From the NCBI RefSeq assembly GCF_009914755.1, contig NC_060933.1: 64,000 nucleotides of DNA. The stretch is one strand, 5' to 3'. Source of the stretch: the human T2T-CHM13v2.0 reference genome, Homo sapiens. The translations under genes were made by a program, and so were the position numbers. Below, piece by piece: positions 57,051 through 64,000 of the stretch. Each line of letters starts with the position of its first letter. The first letter of the stretch is position 1. The notes beneath the pieces are model-generated. The model ran no database searches, was not told the origin of the DNA, and worked only from the letters and a program-made list of their open reading frames with translations.

Positions 57051-58797
57051 TTCCATTCCATTGCATCCCATTCCATTCCATTCAATTCCATTCCGTTCCA
57101 TTCCATTCCATTACATTCGCATTGATTCTATTCAACTCCCTTAGTCTCCATTACATTCCATTCCATTCGGGTTGTTCCATTCCATTCCATTCCATTCCAC
57201 TCCATTCCATTGCACTCGGGTTTATTCCATTCCATTCCATTCCATTCCATTCCATTCCATTCCATTCTGGAAGATTCCATTCCATTGCATTCCATTCCAT
57301 TCCATTCCCCTGCACTCGCGTTGATTCCATTCCATTCCATTCCATTCCATTCCATTCCATTCCATTCCATTCCATTCCTTTCCGTTCCATACCATTCCAT
57401 TCCATTCCATTCCATTCCATTCCGTTCCGTTCCGTTCCATTCCATTCCATTCCATTCTATTCGGGTTAATTCCATTCCATTCCATTCGATTGCAATCGAG
57501 TTGATTCCATTCCATTCCATTCCATTCCATTCCATTCCATTCCATTCCTTTCCATTCCATTACGGATGATTCCATTCCATTGCATTCCATTCCATTCCAT
57601 TCCCCTGTACTCGGGTTGATTCCATTCCATTCCATTCCAATCCATGCCATTCCACTCGTGTTGATTCCGTTCTTTCCATTCCATTCAAGTTGAATCCATT
57701 CTATTGCATTCCATTCCATTCCATTCCCTTGCAGTCGGGTTGATTCCATTCCATTCCATTCCATTCCATTCCATTCCATTCCATTCCATTCCAATCAAGT
57801 TGATTCCATTCCATTCCATTCCATTCCATTCCATTCCATTCCATTCCAGTCCATTCCAGTCCTTTCCATTCCATTCCACTCGGGTTGATTCCAATGTATT
57901 CCTTTCCATTCCATTCCATTCCATTGCAATCGAGTTGATTCCATTGCTTTGCATTCCATTCCTTTCCATTCCATTCCGGATGATTCCATTCCATTGCATT
58001 CCATTCCATTCCATTCCCCTGCACTCGGGTTGATTCCATTCCTTTCCACTCCATTCCATTCCATTCCATTCCATTCCATTGTATTCGGGTTAATTCCATT
58101 CCATTCAATTCCATTCCATTACAATCGAGTTGATTCCATTCCATTCCATTCCATTCCAGTCCGTTCCATTCCATTCCACTCAGGTTGATTCCACTCTATT
58201 TGTTTCCATTCCATTCCATTCCCTTCCATTCCACTCTGGTTGATTCCATTCCTTTCCATTCCACTCGAATACATTCCCTCCTATTCCACTCGGAACGATT
58301 CCATTCCATTCCATTCCATTCCATTCCATTCCATTCTATTCCATTTCGTTCCATTCCATTCTATTCCGTATCATTCCATTCCATTCCATTCCATTCTATT
58401 CCATTCCATTCCATTCCATTGTAGTCGGGTTGATTCCATTCCATTGCATTCTATTCCATTCCATTCCATTCCATTCCGTTGCATTCCATTCCATTACATT
58501 CGGATTGATTCTATTCAACTCCCTTACTCTCCATTACATTCCATTCCATTCGGGTTGTTCCATTCCATTTCATTCCATTCCACTCCATTCCATTGCACTC
58601 GGGTTTATTCCATTCCATTCCATTCCATTCCATTCCATTCCGGATGATTCCATTCCATTGCATTCCGTTCCATTCCATTCCCCTGCACTCGTGTTGATTC
58701 CATTACCTTCCATTCCATTCCATTCTGTTCCATTCCATTGCATTCCATTCTATTCCGGTTAATTCCATTCAATTCCATTCCATTCCATTCCATTCCA

Positions 58798-59110
58798 TTG
58801 CAATCGAGTTGATTCCATTCCATTCCTTTCCATTCCATTCCATTGCCTTGCATTCCAATCGGGTTGATTCCATTCCCTTCTTTCCACTCCATTACATTCC
58901 CTTCCATTCCACTCGGAATGATTGATTCCATTCCATTCCATTCCATTTCATTCCGTTGCAATCCATTCCAATCTATTCCATTCCATTCCATTCCACTCGA
59001 GTTGATTTCATTCCATTCCTTTCCATTCCATTCCATTCCTTTCCACTCGAGTTGATTCCATTCCATTCCATTCCATTGCATTCCATTCCATGCCATTCCA
59101 CTCGGGTTGA
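58798..59110 (+). repeat. Divergent ~300-bp island type 2, copy 3
   Basis: ttgccttgca (58843)...actcggaatgattg...two ccactcgagttg words. Confidence 0.75.
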
Positions 59111-59704
59111 TTCCATTCCTTTGCATTCCATTCCATTCCATTCCATTCCATTCCATTCCATTCCATTCCGTTGCATTCCATTCCATTACATTCGGATTGA
59201 TTCTATTCAACTCCCTTACTCTCCATTACATTCCATTCCATTCGGGTTGTTCCATTCCGTTCCATTCCATTCCACTCCATTCCATTGCACTCGGGTTGAT
59301 TCCATTCCATTCCATTCCATTCCATTCCATTCCGGATGATTCCATTCCATTGCATTCCGTTCCATTACATTCCCCTGCACTCGTGTTGATTCCATTCCAT
59401 TCCATTCCATTCCATTCAATTCCATTCCATTACAATTCGTTCCATTCCATTCTATTCCGTACCATTCCATTCCATTCCATACCATTCCATTCCATTCCAT
59501 TCCATTCCGTTCCATTCCGTTCCATTCCATTCCATTCCATTCTATTCTGGTTTATTCCATTCCATTCCATTCCATTCCATTCTATTCCATTCCATTGCAA
59601 TCGAGTTGAATCCGTTGCATTTCATTCCATTCCATTCCATTCCATTCCATTCCGGAAGATTCCATTCCATTGCATTCCATTCCATTCCATTCCCCTGCAC
59701 TCGC

Positions 59705-62700
59705 GTTGATTCCATTCCATTCCATTCCATTCCATTCCATTCCGTTCCGTTCCGTTCCGTTCCGTTCCGTTCCATTCCATTCCATTCCATTCCGTTCCGT
59801 TCCGTTCCATTCCATTCCATTCCATTCTATTCGGGTTAATTCCATTCCATTCCATTCGATTGCAATCGTGTTGATTCCATTCCATTCCATTCCATTCCAT
59901 TGCATTCCATTCCATTCCTTTCTATTCCATTACGGATGATTCCATTCCATTGCATTCCATTCCATTCCATTCCCCTGTACTCGGGTTGATTCCATTCCAT
60001 TGCATTCCAATCCATGCCCTTCCACTCGTGTTGATTCCATTCTTTCCATTCCATTCAAGTTGAATCCATTCCATTGCATTCCATTCCATTCGATTCCATT
60101 CAGTTGCACTCGGGTTGATTCCATTCCATTGCATTCCATTCCATTCCATTCCATTCCATTCCATTCCATTCCGTTCCTTTCCATTCCATTACATTCGGAT
60201 TGATTCTATTCAATTCCCTTACACTCCATTACATTCCATTCCATTCGGGTAGTTTCCATTCCATTCCTCTCCATTCCATTGCATTCGGGTTGATTCCATT
60301 CCATTGCATTCCATTCCATTCCATTCAATTCCATTCCGTTCCATTCCATTCCATTACATTCGGATTGATTCTATTCAACTCCCTTAGTCTCCATTACATT
60401 CCATTCCATTCGGGTTGTGCCATTCCATTCCATTCCATTCCACTCCATTCCATTACACTCGGGTTTATTCCATTCCATTCCATTCCATTCCATTCAATTC
60501 CATTCCATTCCGGAAGATTCCATTCCATTGCATTCCATTCCATTCCATTCCCCTGCACTCGCGTTGATTCCATTCCATTCCATTCCATTCCATTCCATTC
60601 CATTCCATTCCATTCCTTTCCGTTCCATTCCATTCCATTCCATTCCATTCCATTCCTTTCCATTCCAGTCTTTTCCATTCCATTCCACTCGGGTTGATTC
60701 CATTCTATTAGTTTCCATTCCATTCCATTCCCTTCCACTCCACTCTGGTTGATTCCATTCCTTTCCATTCCACTCGAATACATTCCCTCCTATTCCACTC
60801 GGAACGATTCCATTCCATTCCATTCCATTCCATTCCATTCCATTCCATTCCATTCCATTTCGTTCCATTCCATTCTATTCCGTATCGTTCCATTCCATTC
60901 CATTCCATTCCATTCCATTCCATTCCATTCCACTCGTGTTGATTCCATTCCTTTCCATTCCATTCCATTCCATTCCATTCCATTCCACTCGTGTTGATTC
61001 CATTCCTTTCCATTCCATTCGGTTTGAAGGCATTCCATTCCATTCCATTCCATTCCATTCCATTCCATTGTACTCGGGTTGATTCCATTCCATTGCATTC
61101 CATTCCATTCCGTTCCATTCCGTTGCATTCCATTCCATTACTTTCGGATTGATTCTATTCAACTCCGTTACTCTCCATTACATTCCATTCCATTTGGGTT
61201 GTTCCATTCCATTCCATTCCATTCCACTCCATTCCATTGCACTCGGGTTCATTCCATTTCATTCCATTCCATTCCATTCCATTCCATTCCGGATGATTCC
61301 ATTCCATTGCATTCCGTTCCATTACATTCCCCTGCACTCGCGTTGATTCCATTCCATTCCATTCCATTCCATTCAATTCCATTCCATTACAATTCGTTCC
61401 ATTCCATTCTATTCCGTACCATTCCATTCCATTCCATACCATTCCATTCCATTCCATTCCATTCCATTCCGTTCCATTCCGTTCCATTCCATCCCATTCC
61501 TTTCTATTCGGGTCCATTCCATTCCATTCCATTCCGTTCCATTCCATTCTATTCCATTCCATTGCAGTCGAGTTGAATCAATTGCATTTCATTCCATTCC
61601 ATTCCATTCCATTCCATTCCGGAAGATTCCATTCCATTGCATTCCATTCCATTCCATTCCCCTGCACTCGCGTTGATTCCATTCCATTCCATTCCATTCC
61701 ATTCCATTCCATCCATTCCGTTCCGTTCCGTTCCATTCCATTCCATTCCATTCCATTCCATTCCATTCCATTCCGTTCCGTTCCATTCCATTCCATTCCA
61801 TTCTATTCGGGTTAATTCCATTCCATTCCATTCGATTGCAATCGAGTTGATTCCATTCCATTCCATTCCATTCCATTCCATTCCATTCCATTCCATTCCA
61901 TTCCATTCCTTTCCATTCCATTACGGATGATTCCATTCCATTGCATTCCATTCCATTCCATTCCCCTGTACTCGGGTTGATCCATTCCATTCCATTCCAA
62001 TCCATGCCATTCCACTCGTGTTGATTCCATTTTTTCCATTCCATTCAAGTTGAATCCATTCCATTGCATTCCATTCCATTCCATTCACCTGCAGTCGGGT
62101 TGATTCAATTCCATTCCATTCCATTCCATTCCATTCCATTCCATTCCATTCCGTTCCGTTCCATTCCATTCCATTCCTCTCTATTCGGGTTAATTCCATT
62201 CCATTCCATTCGATTGCAATCGAGTTGATTCCACTCCATTGCATTCCATTCCATTCCATTCCTTTCCATTCCATTACGGATGATTCCTTTCCATTGCATT
62301 CCATTCCATTCCATTCCACTGTACTCGGCTTGATTGCATTCCATTCTATTCCAATCCATGCCATTCCACTCGTGTTGATTCCATTCTTTGCATTCCATTG
62401 AAGTTGAATCCATTCCATTGCATTCCATTCCATTCGATTCCATTCGATTGCACTCGGATTGATTCCATTCCATTGCATTCCATTCCATTCCATTCCATTC
62501 CATTCGGATTGATTCTATTCAATTCCCTTACACTTCAATACTTTCCATTCCATTCGGGTAATTTCCATTCCATTCCATTCCATTCCTCTCCATTCCATTG
62601 AACTCGGGTTGATTCCATTCCATTCCATTCCATTCCATTCCATTACATTACATTACATTACATTCCGTTCCATTGTACTCGGGTTGATTCCATTCCATTG

Positions 62701-64000
62701 CATTCCATTCCATTCCATTCCATTCCATTCCATTCCATTCCATTCCGTTCCATTCCATTCCATTACATTCGGATTGATTCTTTTCAACTCCCTTACTCTC
62801 CATTACATTCCATTACATTCGTGTTGTTCCATTCCATTCCATTCCATTCCACTCCATTCCATTGCACTCGGGTTGATTCCATTCCATTCCATTCCATTCC
62901 GGATGATTCCATTCCATTGCATTCCGTTCCATTACATTCCCCTGCACTCGGGTTGATTCCATTCCATTCCATTCCATTCCATTCCATTCGATTCCATTCC
63001 ATTCCCCTGCACTCGCGTTGATTCCATTCCATTCCATTCCATTCCATTCCATTCCATTCCATTCCTTTCCATTCCAGTCCTTTCCATTCCATTCCACTCG
63101 GGTTGATTCCATTCTATTAGTTTGCATTCCATTCCATTCGCTTCCATTCCACTCTGGTTGATTCCATTCCTTTCCATTCCACTCGAATACATTCCCTCCT
63201 ATTCCACTCGGAACGATTCCATTCCATTGCATTCCATTCCATTCCATTTCATTTCGTCGCATTCCATTCTATTCCGTATCATTCCATTCCATTCCATTCC
63301 ATTCCATTCCATTCCATTCCACTCGTGTTGATTCCATTCCTTTCCATTCCATTCGGTTTAAAGGCAATCCATTCCATTCCATTCCTTTCCATTCCATTCC
63401 ATTCCATTCCATTGTACTCGGGTTGATTCCATTCCATTGCATTCCATTCCATTCCATTCCATTCCATTCCATTCCGTTGCATTCCATTCCATTACATTCG
63501 GATTGATTCTATTCAACTCCCTTACTCTCCATTACATTCCATTCCATTCGTGTTGTTCCATTCCATTCCATTCCATTCCACTCCATTCTACTGCACTCGG
63601 GTTGATTCCATTCCATTCCATTCCATTCCATTCCATTCCATTCCATTCCGGATGATTCCATTCCATTGCATTCCGTTCCATTACATTCCCCTGCAGTCGC
63701 GTTGATTCCATTCCATTCCATTCCATTCCATTCAATTCCATTCCATTACAATTCGTTCCATTCCATTCTATTCCGTACCATTCCATTCCATTCCATACCC
63801 TTCCATTGCATTCCATTCCATTCCATTCCGTTCCATTTCGTTCCATTGCATTCCATTCCATTCTATTCGGGTTAATTCCATTCCATTCCATTCCATTCTA
63901 TTCCATTCCATTTCAATCGAGTTGAATCCATTGCATTTCATTCCATTCCATTCCATTCCATTCCATTCCGGAAGATTCCATTCCATTGCATTCCATTCCA
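59705..64000 (+). repeat. Dispersed duplicate block (partner at ~9300-13525), truncated by window end
   Basis: Same diagnostic variants at offset ~50,380-50,490; ORF pairs 9441/59836 and 11913/62398. Confidence 0.85.

Larger units (their letters stand above)
823..63979. promoter_or_regulatory. About 40 dispersed perfect three-unit heat-shock-element motifs (aTTCcgGAAgaTTCc and variants)
   Basis: Exact match to nTTCnnGAAnnTTCn at e.g. 823, 3229, 3543, 5276, 6154, 13490, 14348, 22787, 48141 and 63965. This is a motif match only; binding is not shown. Confidence 0.5.
1..64000 (+). repeat. Satellite III (HSat3) array, diverged (CATTC)n/(GAATG)n, single orientation
   Basis: CATTC pentamers dominate every line. 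Runs are interrupted by ACTCGGGTTG/ATTCGGGTTA/AATCGAGTTG decamers, the described Satellite III signature (CAACCCGAGT(GGAAT)n on the other strand). It lacks the dense CATTCGATTC/GATG periodicity of HSat2. The array runs off both window edges. Subfamily and chromosome cannot be fixed without k-mer comparison. Confidence 0.98.

Noticed and set aside
1-64000. CRISPR-like look of conserved words separated by variable stretches
   Set aside because: The intervening stretches are CATTC runs rather than unique spacers, spacing is irregular, and there are no cas genes or leader.
1-64000. Assignment to DYZ1 (3.6 kb), D15Z1 (1.8-kb KpnI unit), HSat2 or a specific chromosome
   Set aside because: No regular 3.6-kb or 1.8-kb period is visible, only two KpnI sites were seen, and HSat2 periodicity is absent. 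A positive assignment needs k-mer or alignment data that I do not have.

Overview
The whole 64-kb window is one uninterrupted Satellite III-type (HSat3) array, human or great-ape type. It consists of diverged (CATTC)n on the + strand, (GAATG)n on the - strand, punctuated by the classic A(C/T)TCGGGTTG decamer and related landmark words. By eye I saw no genes, RNA genes, retroelements or inversions. All ORFs (IPFHS/MEWNG repeats) are by-products of a pentamer that has no stop codon in any frame. I found no new protein-coding system. The real structure is internal. (1) A near-identical 8.57-kb tandem duplication (16003-24578 / 24579-33149) has a 14-bp junction microhomology. (2) An older ~5.0-kb tandem duplication (32991-37960 / 37961-42995) overlaps it. 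(3) A block of at least 4.2 kb recurs ~50.4-50.5 kb away. (4) Two kinds of divergent satellite island are present. (5) There is a ~0.86-kb subunit and a 175-bp dimer. (6) About 40 perfect three-unit heat-shock elements (TTCnnGAAnnTTC) are created by a recurrent landmark word. Coordinates and counts were read by eye and need alignment to confirm.
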